From Octopus sinensis (Eukaryota), in assembly GCF_006345805.1 (NCBI RefSeq), contig NC_043003.1:2294001-2358000 (forward strand): DNA of 64,000 bases, in the 5' to 3' direction. Below, piece after piece: positions 1-11,989 of the stretch. Below the pieces are notes generated by a model that had not been told where the DNA came from, searched no databases, and saw only the letters and a list, made by a program, of their open reading frames with translations. Both the position numbers and the translations under genes were made by a program. The first letter of the stretch is position 1. Each line of letters starts with the position of its first letter.

Positions 1-1307
1 ATAATTCAAACTCAAATATTTTCTCACACCGTCTCTAATGAAGGGATATCCATAATATCCTAGAAACAGCTGTAGGACTATTTCATTATAAATGTCCTGA
101 GAGCTCCTCACAGCCTTGGATTTGTTATCTCATTTGGTCTAACATCATCATCATCATTTAACGTCCGCTTTCCACGTTAAATGATGATGATGATGATGAT
201 GATGTTAGACTAAATGAGATAACAAATTTAAGGCTAACATATATATATATATACACATGACAGGCTTCTTTCTGTTTCCGTCTACCAAATCCACTCACAA
301 GGCTTTGGTCGGCCCAAGGCTATAGAAGACACTTGCCCAAGGTGCCATGCAGTGGGACTGAACCTGGAACCATGTGGCAAGCTTCATACCACACAGCTAT
401 ACTTGCTTACATTTCTACAATACATAAAATATTTTTAACAATTTTTTAATAATATTTAATTATAAAGCTATAACAAGATTTTTAACACCCTGAATGGCTA
501 TGAGGGTCCACCTGTGTAGAACAAGCATCAAAGGGGTCGATAGGTAGGAAAACGGTCGAGAACCTCTTGCTTGGAACATCTAATCTGTAGTCTCATAGGA
601 GCTCCTTATTATTTTGATGGTGGCTAAATCACTGACAGTAGCTACTGCTGTTGCTTAGAATAAGTCACAAGGAGCCTGCTCCTTGGCTGAATGGCCGAGG
701 GTTAAAATATGGTCTCTGTTGATGTTATGTCAACAACTAGGCCATGCTCAATGACCTCTCATTGTCTTTTTACATATATTTCTTCAACTGGCAGAATAGA
801 GTCTGAGAGGAAGGTCAAGATGTGTCAAGCTGATATTTTTTGATTGGTCAAGAAATGTTGGAAGATGCAAAAGAAAATTATTTTATTCTTTCTGAGTAAA
901 AACTAAAATAGAACCAACATGAATTGATGAAAATGTTAATTTCCTCCTGTGAGTGAATCTAAATGATGAGGATCAAACGACGGATAAAGATGGATAAAAA
1001 ATTTTCCATTACAGAAGATTGATTGAATTCAAAAAAAGAGCAATTTTTCCAGAAGCTTCTTTTACCAGACTCTGTAGAAGTTTTTTTAATGATGTTGAAG
1101 GTAATATTTTCACTATTGCAGACATTCTGGAAGGCAAAAAAGCCATTGGTGTGTTGTTTTTCCCTTTTAGCTTTAGATGAGGGGCTTTCAACCAAGGTCC
1201 CTATGACTTTGGGGTCCATATGCGATTTTATATGCTTATATTTCTACAATATAAAAAAATATTTCAACAATTTTTTACAATTTCTAATAATATTTAATTA
1301 ATTATAA

Positions 1308-1585
1308 AGGCATTCCTTCGATATAACTCGACAAAATCAAAACATTTCAGTTTGGGTGTTTCCGTGGGTTGTGGAATATAGATATAATGAAATTATGCCA
1401 GCAATGTCTCATTTTAAACTTGAAGAAAAAAGGCCTTGCACATTTGTTCTTACCTGTTTCATGTTTGTATGTAAAATCCGCAAATTCCCAAGCAGAAAAC
1501 AGAATCGAAAACTGTCGTTTGCTTCCATGGAAATATCCCAAAATGAAATGTTCTGATTTTGTTGAGTTATATGGAAGGATTGCCA
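1308..1585. mobile_element. MITE with ~60-bp imperfect TIRs
   Basis: ggcattccttcgatataactcgacaaaatcaaaacatttc.. matches the reverse complement of 1525-1585. Confidence 0.75.
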
Positions 1586-1664
1586 ATTATAAAAGTAGAA
1601 TGGGATTTTTAAACATCAATTAGGTATGAGAGTGGACCTGAGTGAAATAGGAATGAAAAGAGTT

Positions 1665-1877
1665 CAGTCCCATATTTAAGAGATGAGGAATTATGTACAT
1701 TACTTACATTTGACGGATATTTGTCCTCATCCAGCCTTCATCTAGGGGAAATTTCAAACCTGGTTCGAAATTTCCCCAAGACATCTGATGAAGAGTGGGA
1801 GTGGGGGGGGGGTATATCAGCCGAAATGTGTTAACAAGAAACAAGATGAAGACAAATATCCGTCAAATGTAAATAAC
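1665..1877. mobile_element. Same family, copy C (inverted arm plus forward fragment)
   Basis: Flanking direct repeat aaagagttca at 1657-1666 and 1878-1887; degenerate CTGATGA motif. Confidence 0.65.
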
Positions 1878-2317
1878 AAAGAGTTCATAGGGAAAAAAAT
1901 GGTTGAGAAACACAGCTTGAGATCAACCCTCAATTTGATTATAGGGGGTGACCTATGATCAAAGGTATTCAAGGTGCTGACAACCTGCTTTTTCCCATTT
2001 TAAGGGGATATCTGGGACTATACAACTTTGTGTGTATGTTATTTCTTAAGGGGGGGGGGAGGGTGTGATTTGAGGGGCATTTAGTTGCATTTACCAGGAG
2101 CTTAACTGACAAAGTAGAGGGTTATACTTTGGTTAAAAGGCTGTTTTTTTTAAAAAGATACTAGGGTGTGATTTGAGGGAGACTTGATTGCTATTTCTGG
2201 TAATGAGAGAGCCACATAGTGACAAAGAAATTTTGCTAAATTCTTTATTATTTTCAAAATTAATTGAAACAGAAGAAATATATTCCAACAGAAATATGGT
2301 AACAGAAGGGTTTAGAT

Positions 2318-2853
2318 CAGTGGTCCTCAAACTTTACGAAAGATTTTGTGTGTTGATCCCCTTACAGATTTTTTGATGATTTGTCGTCCCCTATAAAATG
2401 CAGGATAATCAACAAGGAAAATATGACATCCATTCATGTCCCGTAATTTCCTGACTATGAACCACACTTGTGCTAAAAATAAAAACCAAATCTCCCTTGA
2501 ATAGCACCAAACCATTGGGATACAATAAATGCACGTGAAAATATGGGGAATCAGTTGATGAATTGGTTACAAGAGAAATTAGAAATGAAAAATACCGACA
2601 GCACATGCATGACCAACCGTTATACCTGCATGTTTGTCTATTGGCCAATCACACTTGATGTACAAGTGTGATTAGCAAATGAGTTTTGTAGGAAGGACGT
2701 GGGTTTTTGAGGCCAACGACAAAAAGGGATGATAGCATGCGAAAAATTGAAAGTCTTGAAATTTTAAAATTTAACTGTCTCAAGCCATCCTGTTTTCACA
2801 ATACTTCAGCATCCTTTTGCGGTCCCCCTTGGACCCCAGTTTGAGAACCACTG
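2318..2853. mobile_element. hAT-type MITE
   Basis: TIRs cagtggtcctcaaact / agtttgagaaccactg; perfect 8-bp TSD gtttagat (2310-2317, 2854-2861). Confidence 0.9.
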
Positions 2854-5849
2854 GTTTAGATGGTTTGGTGCTATTCAAGGGAGATTTGGTTTTTATTTTT
2901 AGCACAATAAGTAATCACGTAGATACTCCCTCATTGGCTTGAAAATATAAAACAGGGAGTGTTACTGATTTCTAAAACAAGAGTAAAAGGCATTTTTTGG
3001 TGGGGCCCGGAACTGTTGATTAGACTGAACTGAGTTGGAATTGACCTCAGAATGTAAAAGAACATGGCTGACTCCCCCTGACACTCCAGACTTCCTTCTT
3101 GAAATGTGAAAGAGGATTCTACAATATTGGTAGACATCCACTCAAAAAGAGTCAGAAAATCCACTTGAAATATAAAAAACAAATGAATTTGTGGGTTACG
3201 TGGTGCACAAAAGCATGTTTTTAATCTTCTTGATGACTCTGCTTATTTTGTCATTCCACTTGATGGAACTGCTGTGTAATTTCCCCAAATCACATCCAAG
3301 TTAAAAAGAAAATAAAGAACAGTTTAATCCTGGATGTATGGAAAGACAGGATGGTCACAGGTGGAATGGCTTTAATTGTGGTTCTAGTCAGCCAGGGTTG
3401 GTCTGAGGCCGGTGACATGCCTGTGCCGGTGACACGTCCGTGCCGGTGACACGTGTAAATCACCGTCCGAACGTGGCAGATGCCAGCGCCGTCTGACTGG
3501 CGTCCGTGTCGGTGACACGTAAAAGCACCAACCGATTATGGCTGTTTGCCAGCCTGCTCTGGCCCCCGTGCCAGTGGCACGTAAAAAACACCAACTACAC
3601 TCACGGAGTGGTTGGCGTTAAGAAGGACATCTAGCTGTAGAAACTCTGCCAGATCAGACTAGAGCCTGGTACCAGACCCCAGTCAAATCGTCCAACCCAT
3701 GCTAGCATGGAAAACGGACGTCAAATGATGATGATGATGATCTACCACCTGCTTACTTGCATTTCTGTTCTGCATGAACGCACGCAAGCACACTCATGCA
3801 TGCTTATACAAACTCCTTCCACCTCATCTTCTTCGTCTCTAGCTTTATAAAGCTGCCACTTATGAAGTCATTTCCAGTCATTTCAGGTCAGCAAAATCAC
3901 TGACGTAAACTGTGTCCTGCTGAGCCTCTCAAATTCTCAAATACCACATCTCTGAACCAGTTCTATCCTCTTCAAGCGAGTCTTAGGTAAATGTGACTCT
4001 ATGGAATCTACAGAAGAGACATTATCATCATCATCATCATCATTTAACGTCCACTTTCCATGCTATTTTGGGTTGGACGGTTTGACTGTGGGCTGGCGAA
4101 CCAGATGGCTGCACCAGGCTCCAATCTTGATCTGGCAGAGTTTCTACAGCTGGATGCCCTTCCTAGCGCCAACCACTTCGAGAGCGTAGTGGGTGGTTTT
4201 ACATGCCACTGGCACGAGGGCCAGTGAGGCAGTACTGGCAATGGCCACGCTCAAATGGTGCTTTTTACATGCCACCGGCATGGAAGCCAGTTTGTTGCTC
4301 TGGATGGTACTCTTAGCACTGTGGAACAGAAACTTTTTTGGTTTCCTTTTAATTGCTTTCAGAGATTTAATTACCAGGCAAGTGATTTCATCTGTGACTT
4401 TGTATTCAAAGCTAAAAACAATCACAGCATGACAGACACTAATTAGCCATCTATAATCACACGACTGTTGACTTCACTTAAATATTCATTATTTGGTGCC
4501 AAAATTTCTGTCACACTGACTGTGGCCTGGTCATGAGTGCAAGAAGACAATTTGTCTAAAGCCCCCAGCACACTCTGTAAAGTGGTTGGCATTAGGAAGG
4601 GCATCCAGCCATAGAAACCAGGCCATAACAGACAGTTGGACAGCTCGCTGCTAGCCAGCTCCAGGCCAAATGGTCCAACCCATATTAGCATGGAGAGCCA
4701 ACATTAAATGAAGATGATGATGGGATGCAAACGCCGGTCCAAAATGTTTTACAATTAGGGTTAATTCTTCAATATGAAGAGGGGAATATGATGAATAAAA
4801 TCATAATTAACTGATCCACCTGTATTTTCTTTTACCCAAAGCCAGGGAGTTTCCAATACCCCTTCGTATAAGTATGCATGTGTATATGTGTGTATGTATG
4901 TGTGTGTGTATGTGTGTGTGTGTGGAGAGAGTGAAATTACAATGAAGTAGACAGCAGATGTAGTAATTTGTTATAGATTAGCCCCTTGGACCTACACTGG
5001 TTGAGTAAACTTATAATCGAAGCCATTCCATCTGTGACCATCTATCTAAGACCACATTGTACAATATCTTTTATTTGATGACGGATTAATTTCCCAGCTA
5101 CGTTCAGCACCTCACAAGTGACTCATAAACGTAGAGGATTTGGCCATTGTTGTGGAGATGTGATGGATAAGATTTGACAATATTGGTTGACATCCACTTG
5201 AAAAATATAATGCAAATGACGTTGTTGGTTACGTGGTGCCCCAAAGTATTCCTTATCTTCATAATGACCATCCAATAAGAATTTCAGGAGTGGTGATGAT
5301 GGAGATGGAAATGGGATGGCCCAGTTGGAAACTGGAAATTTATCTAAGTTTTATAAGTAATGTTCTTCATACAATTGCTGTAGAAAGGATTTAAGATGAG
5401 GATGTTGTACAATAATGGATTTATGTGAGGTGGGATGGGCAGATCAAGTGATGTAATAGGAACTGTGATGGTTTTAAAGACAAGAAAGAGGTCAAGTGTG
5501 TTGACCATGGATATGAAAAATCGGGACAGACCAACTTGTCATCAACAACACAATATTAAAATCTTCACAATTCTACAAATGATTAGCTAATCAATTTCTG
5601 ATGAATTTTCATGCCAACACCATGTTTTTCATGCAATTAACTCACAAAGCTATTGTTCAGAGTGAAATATTTTAACCTTCAAATTCCTCCAAATCTATTC
5701 AAGGCTCAAATACATTCCATGCTACTGCAGAATGAGACAATTAGGAGCAGCTGTTTTGGCATTGGCAATTTGGCATGGCTGATGGGACATTTGGCCTGTT
5801 CTGGCGACACTGCTTTTTAGCACTGGAGGCAAACACACACATAATCATG

Positions 5850-7735
5850 CATGTGCACATGGAAAGCAATTAAGGGTATGAAGACAGGGATACATGAAGG
5901 AGTCATACCCAATGACTGGTGTAGCAGCACCATAGTCAACTGCTACAAAGGTAAAGGTGATGCTTTAGATACAAATAACTACAGAGGTATCAAGCTGTTG
6001 GATCAGGTAATGAAGGTCACAGAGAGGGTCATAGCTCAACTAATTAGGGAGAGAGTCAGTTTGGGTTTGTGCCAAGGAAAAGCACCACTGATGCTATATT
6101 TCTGGTAAGACAGCTGTAGGAGAAATACCTAGCCAAAGATAAACCCCTGTACCTGGCTTTTGTTGACATGGAGAAAGCCTTTGACAGGGTCCCCGATCCC
6201 TTATCTAGTGGTCAATGAGGAAACTAGGGATAGATGAATGATTAGTGAGATCTGTGCAAGCCATGTACAGGGACACTGTCAGTAAGGTGAGGGTTGGCAA
6301 CAAGTACAGTGAAGAATTCCGGGTAGAGGTTGTGGTCCACCAGAGTTCAGTCCTTAGCCACCTCCTATTTATCATAGTCCTCCAGGCAATAACGGAGGAA
6401 TTCAAGACAAGATGCCCTTGGGAGCTCCTCTATGCTGATGACCTTGCTCTAATTGCTGAGTCACTATCAGAACTAGAGGAGAAGTTTCAGGTGTGGAAGC
6501 AAGGATTAGAATTGAAGAACCTTAGAGTCAACCTAGCTAAAACAAGAGTCCTAATAAATAGGAAGGTAGACAAACCATAAATCTCTTCAAGTAGATGGCC
6601 CTGCTCAATCTGTAGTAGAGGCGTAGGTAGAAACTCTGTAAGATGTACCCAGTGTAAGCTATGGACACATAAGAGGTACAGCAATATCAAAGGAAGGCTA
6701 ACTGGGAAGATAGTTTTTGTATGTGGCAGATGCTCGGTGCAATAAACACTGAAAATGTGCAGAGAACAACTTCCACCACATTCCAGGGAGAAAAACTAGA
6801 AATAGTTGATAGCTTCCGTGACCTAAGTGACCAAGTCAGTAGTGGAGGAGGGTGCGCTGAAAGTGTAGCTGCTAGAATAAGAATAGCTTGGGCAAAGTTC
6901 AGAGAGCTCTTACCTCTGCTGGTGACAAAAGGCCTCTCCCTCAGAGTAAAAGGTAGACTGTATGATGCGTGTGTACGAACAGCCATGCTACATGCTGAGG
7001 ACAGGTGTAAGCTTGCAAGGAATGAAGCCAGTATGCACTGCTGGATGTGTAATATCAGTGTGCATACTCGACAGAATGTAAGTACCTTGAGAGAAAAGTT
7101 GGACCTAAGAAGCATCAGTTGTGGTGTGCAAGAGAGACGTTTGCACTGGTATGGTCATGTGACGAGAATGGCTGAAGATAGTTGTGTGAAAAAGTGTCAC
7201 ACCCTAGTGGTTGAGGGAACCTGTGGAAGAGGCAGACCCAGGAAAACCTGGGATGAAGTGGTGAAGGACGACCTTCGAACATTGGGCCTCACCGAGGCAA
7301 TGATTAGTGACCGAGACCTTTAGAAATATGCTGTGCTTGAGAAGACCTGGCAAGCCAAATGAGACCATGACCCGTGCCCTATGCCAGGGGTGTAACCAGC
7401 CTACTTATGCATTTCTTGCAAAGACCTGTTGTGGCAAGTGAAATCACAATCAAAATCAAATTCGCTGACGTGGCCAATGACAGCACCACCTGGCTTGTAT
7501 CCGTGGCAGTGGAATGTTAAAAGCACCATCCGAGAGTGATGTTGTCAGGGCTGCTGTCTAGCTCCTGTGCCGGTGGCACATAAAAAGCACCATTTCAGCA
7601 TGGCTTTTGCCAGTGCCGCCTGACTGGTTCTCGTGCTGGTGGTACATAAAAAGCACCCACTACACTCTCAGAGTGGTTGGCATTAAGAAGGGCATTCAGC
7701 TGTAGAAACTCTGCCAGATCAGATTGGAGCCTGTT
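5850..7735 (+). mobile_element. 5'-truncated degenerate RTE LINE (RT domain to 3'UTR)
   Basis: ELLYADDL at 6422-6445; same family as the 24.9-kb copy; frameshifts and stops; 3'UTR follows. Confidence 0.95.
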
Positions 7736-7981
7736 GTGTGTGTGTGTGTGTGTATGGGGGGGGGGGGTTAATGAGAGAGTTGTTGGAGTTGCTAATTAGT
7801 TTGTAGAGTATTTTGATATTTGTACAGAGAAGCTTATTTTGCAAGCAAATGTTTGTCCTTTACTTGTTTCAGTAGCTAGGCTGTGGCCATGCTGGGGTCC
7901 CACCTTGAAGGGTTTTACTCAAACAACTTGACCCCAGTAATAAATTTCTGAGCGAGTTATAAACAGTAGCTGCACGACACC

Positions 7982-8189
7982 GTGAAGTATATTTGCCACA
8001 TAAATGTAACTGACCCTTAAGGGTCAATGCTATTGTAGCTTGTAGCCCTATGACTTCCCTTTGCAAATACTGATAGGACACAGAACATGTGTCAATAGCC
8101 AGCTGGAGGAGATGTCTTTCTGGGGCTACAAGCTACAGTAGCATTGACCCTTAAGGGTTAGCCACATTTAGGTGGCAAATATACTTCAC
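7982..8189. mobile_element. MITE/foldback with ~67-bp TIRs inside a SINE
   Basis: 7982-8048 is the inverted repeat of 8123-8189. Confidence 0.8.
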
Positions 8190-9189
8190 AACTTGATCCC
8201 AGTACTTATTTATTTAAAGTCCGGGACTTATCCTATTAGTCTCTTATACCAAACTGCTAAGTTACACGGATATAAACAAACCAACACTGGTTGTCCAGCA
8301 GTGATGGGGAATAACACAAACACACACATATGATGGGCTTCCACATAGTTCCCATCTACCAAATTCAACCACCAGGCATTGGTTGGTCCAGGGCAATAAT
8401 AGAACACACCTGTAGAAGGTAGCACACAGTGGGACTGATTCCCAAACCACGGGGTTGCAAGGCAACCTTCTTAACCCCACAGCCATGCCTGTGTCTTGAA
8501 GAATCCTTAAATTCTTTATGTTGTATTTGTGCAGTTTCCATCTGGGTGTGAAGAGCTGAAATTCTTTGATTCTTAGTTTTCTTCTTTTATAATTATGCTT
8601 TGTGGATCTGTGGTTCTGGAACAGAAGATAACGGTAAATGTTTGTTACGTCTTGTGCATGTGAGTGGATGTTGACTTAGGGAGGTTTCAACTAAACACCA
8701 GTTCCATCAACCTCTCCAGTCTTTGGAAACTTGCAGATGTCTGCTCTTCCTCCTGTAATTTGCTAAAAGAAAATCAAAGTTTCAGCAAGTGAATCCAATG
8801 GTGGGTGGTGGGCATATTTTATAACAGTTCTACAAGTGGTTAATGTTGAATATAGCAGCCATGCAATATTATTGTCTTTCTCTTGAAGGAAAACTTTCAT
8901 TTCCACTGAGGAGGTCTCACAAGGCTGAAATATGTCTGAAATTATCTTCTCTGCTTGCTGAAAGGCTTTCAACCATTGGAGTGTGGCCATGCTAGGGCAC
9001 TACCTTGAGGGGCTTTAATAAAACAAATTGGCCCCAGAAATTATCATTTTATTTCAGGTATTTATTCTATAGGTCTTACTTACTGCATAGTTAAGCTATG
9101 GAGACATAAACAAACCAGCACGGGTTGTCAAGTGATGGCGGGGCATAAATGCACACACAAACTCAGTAAGGCTGTGTGGTCTAATGGTC

Positions 9190-9464
9190 AAGGTATTTTT
9201 CAATGTTGTCGTTGTTATTATTATTAATATTATTATTATTATTATTATTCAGGAATCGAACTCGGAATCTTGGGCATACAGCATAGTGGTTAAGAGCGTG
9301 GGCTACTAACCCCAAGATTCTGAGTTCAATTCCAGGCAGTGACCTAAATAATAATAATGATGATAATAATAATAATAATAATGATGATAATAATAATAAT
9401 GATAATAATAATAATAATAATGATGATAATAATAATAATGATAATAATAATAATAATAATAATG

Positions 9465-9546
<82 letters not shown>

Positions 9547-9720
9547 CAATAATAATAATAATATCGAAAAATACCTTAGGAATGAGAACCCAGGTTTGAA
9601 ATTTCCCCAAGACACCTGATGAAGGCTGGAAGGTATATCAGCCGAAAATTTGTGTTAACAACAAACAAGATGAGACAAATATCTGTCAAATGTAAATAAT
9701 GTAAATAACATAAATAATGT
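9190..9720 (+). mobile_element. tRNA-headed, hammerhead-like-motif element (Penelope-type non-autonomous candidate), copy A, with inverted partial arm 9190-9274
   Basis: A/B boxes (gcatagtggttaa, gagttcaattcc), internal (AAT)n, CTGATGA-stem-GAAA motif at 9611-9656. Confidence 0.7.
9345..9562. repeat. (AAT)n/(GAT) microsatellite inside copy A
   Basis: Direct reading. Confidence 0.98.
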
Positions 9721-10554
9721 AGTTAATGCAATGTTCTGAGAATGAGGCATCTGAATTTGCAGCATGAGCAAAGTTGTCTGCCCCTGTGCTGCGCTGATGT
9801 CCATGTTTGACTTCTTCAATAAAGTCTTAATTTATATGACAATAGCACATTGCTGTTATTATGATATAAAGACAGGAATAAATCGTAAAATAGAAGCAAG
9901 ATGGCAACTTTGGTGCTGCAGCTGTGCAATATCTGTTATGTATGTTTATAGCTTTTATCTTTCACTGGATTCAGTCATTGGACTGCAGCCAAGCTGGGTC
10001 TCAGCCTTGAAAGGTGTCAAACAAGCTGACATTGAGATTTAATTTGCTTAAGTCTGGTTAGTCTGGTACTAATCCTATTGGTCCCTTTGGCTGACCTGCA
10101 AAGTTACGGGGAGATAAACAAACTAACACTGGCTGTTAAGTGGTAAGGAGGAGTGGACAAACACAAAGACACACACACACACATATATATGTATGTATGT
10201 CTGTCTGTATGAATATATGTATATATATATATATATATATGCATTGGCTCCTGTGCCAGTGGCATGTAAAAAGCACCCTCTACACTCTCAGACTGGTTGG
10301 CATAAGGAAGGGCATCCAGCTGTAGAAACATTCCCAGATCAGAGTGGAGCCTGGTGCGGCCGCTGGCTGTCCAGCCCTCAGTCAAACTGGCCAACACTCA
10401 CGGAGTGGTTGGCGTTAGGAAGGGCATCCAGCCGTAGAAACACTGCCAGATTTGACTGGGCCTGATGAAGCCTTCTGGCTTCACAGACCCCAGTAGAACC
10501 GTCCAACCCATGCTAGCATGGAAAACGGACGCTAAACGACGATGATGATGATGA

Positions 10555-10557
<3 letters not shown>

Positions 10558-10596
<39 letters not shown>

Positions 10597-10640
10597 TATA
10601 TATATATGTATACATATATATATACATATATGTATATATA
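10558..10640. repeat. (TA)n microsatellite
   Basis: Direct reading. Confidence 0.95.
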
Positions 10641-11410
10641 CATAGTAAAAGTGTATATACATAATAAAAGAAGAAAAATGCACACATTTTACATAGATTT
10701 AATATATTTTAAATAAAAGAGTATTGTGGTCGTTGACTGGTTTCGCTTTCACTAATCATAATGTTGAAATGTGTGTGATTTCATATTTTCTTAAATTTTT
10801 TTAGTCCAAATTTTTTTATGAGAGCTTGTGAAGGAATCAACAAGGGGAGGTAATTGGTGATAGTTATTATTCATGAGCTGAAGTGGTGAGGTGAAACAGG
10901 TACAGGGATGGCTAAGTGATCCTGAATTAGAATATATACTGATACCGAAGTTGGTTATGCATCCATATATATATATAGAGAGAGAGAAGGAGAGAGGGAG
11001 AGATGTTTGTATGTATATATTCTTTTACTTGTTTCAGTCATTTCACTGCGGCCATGCTGGAGCACTGCCTTTAGTCAAGCAAATCGATCCCAGGACTTAT
11101 TCTTTGAAAGCCTAGTACTTATTCTATCGGTCATTTTTGCCGAACCGCTAAGTTACAGGGAAGTAAACACACCAATATCGGTTGTCAAGCGATGGTGGGG
11201 GGACAAACACAGACACACAAACATATATACGACAGGCTTCTTTTAGTTTCCGTCTACCAAATCCACTCACAAGGCTTTGGTAGGCCTGAAGCTATAGTAG
11301 AAGACACTTGCCCAAGGTGCCACGCAGTGGGACTGAACCCGGAACCATGTGGTTGGGAAGCAAGCTACTTACCACACAGCCACTCCTGTGCCTATGTATA
11401 TTTATAAAGA

Positions 11411-11985
11411 AATGCTTGTTGCCATGTCAATATGGCTGTTCCGTACGGAACAACGTTACTACTCTTTGTTAATCCCAGGTGACCACCTCCTCCAGCTGGT
11501 TAACGATACAACCTGTGTCCGATATATTTTGATATATATATCAGACACAGACTGCGTTCTACAGTTCTATATTTAAGAGATGAGGAATTATGTACAATTA
11601 TGTCCTCACCTTGTTTGTTGTTAACACATTTCATCTGTTATACCCACGCGCATATGACATAGTGGTTAAGAGCGCGGGCTACTCATCACAAGATTCTGAG
11701 TTCGATTCCAAGCTGTGACCTGAATAATAACAACAACAACATTGAAAAATACATTAGGAATGAGAACCCAGGTTCGAAATTTCCCCAAGACACCTGATGA
11801 AGGCTGGAGGGTATATCAGCTGAAATGTTGTGTTAACAACAAACAAGATGAGGACAAATATCCGTCAAATGTAAATAATATACAGGCTGTGTTGTTAACC
11901 AGCAGGAGAAGTTCTCCTGGGGTTAAAAAGGAAAAAGTAATGTTGTTCTGTACGGAACAGCCATGTTGAAATGGCAACAAACATT
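11411..11985. mobile_element. MITE with ~105-bp diverged arms, interrupted by copy B element
   Basis: 11411-11518 matches the reverse complement of 11881-11985. Confidence 0.7.
11561..11880 (+). mobile_element. Same family, copy B: inverted terminal arm, tRNA head, hammerhead-like motif
   Basis: Arm 11561-11645 on -; B box gagttcgattcc 11698-11709; motif 11789-11834; diverged ~14-bp TSD. Confidence 0.72.
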
Positions 11986-11989
11986 ACAT

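Noticed and set aside
1015-1100. Plus-strand exon-like segment (RLIEFKKRAIFPEASFTRLCRSFFNDVE)
   Set aside because: No partner exons or recognisable homology; splice-like signals are common in AT-rich DNA.
1454-1552. 99-nt minus-strand exon with a CAG|GTAAG donor
   Set aside because: Lies inside the 1308-1585 MITE, has a poor pyrimidine tract and gives no recognisable peptide.
9181-9615. Poly-Leu/poly-Ile ORFs
   Set aside because: Artefacts of the (AAT)n microsatellite.
10462-10486. CTGATGA in an RTE 3'UTR variant (also near 27672) as a hammerhead
   Set aside because: It closes a simple hairpin (CTGATGAAGCC-TTCT-GGCTTCACAG) with no following GAAA or stems I/III.
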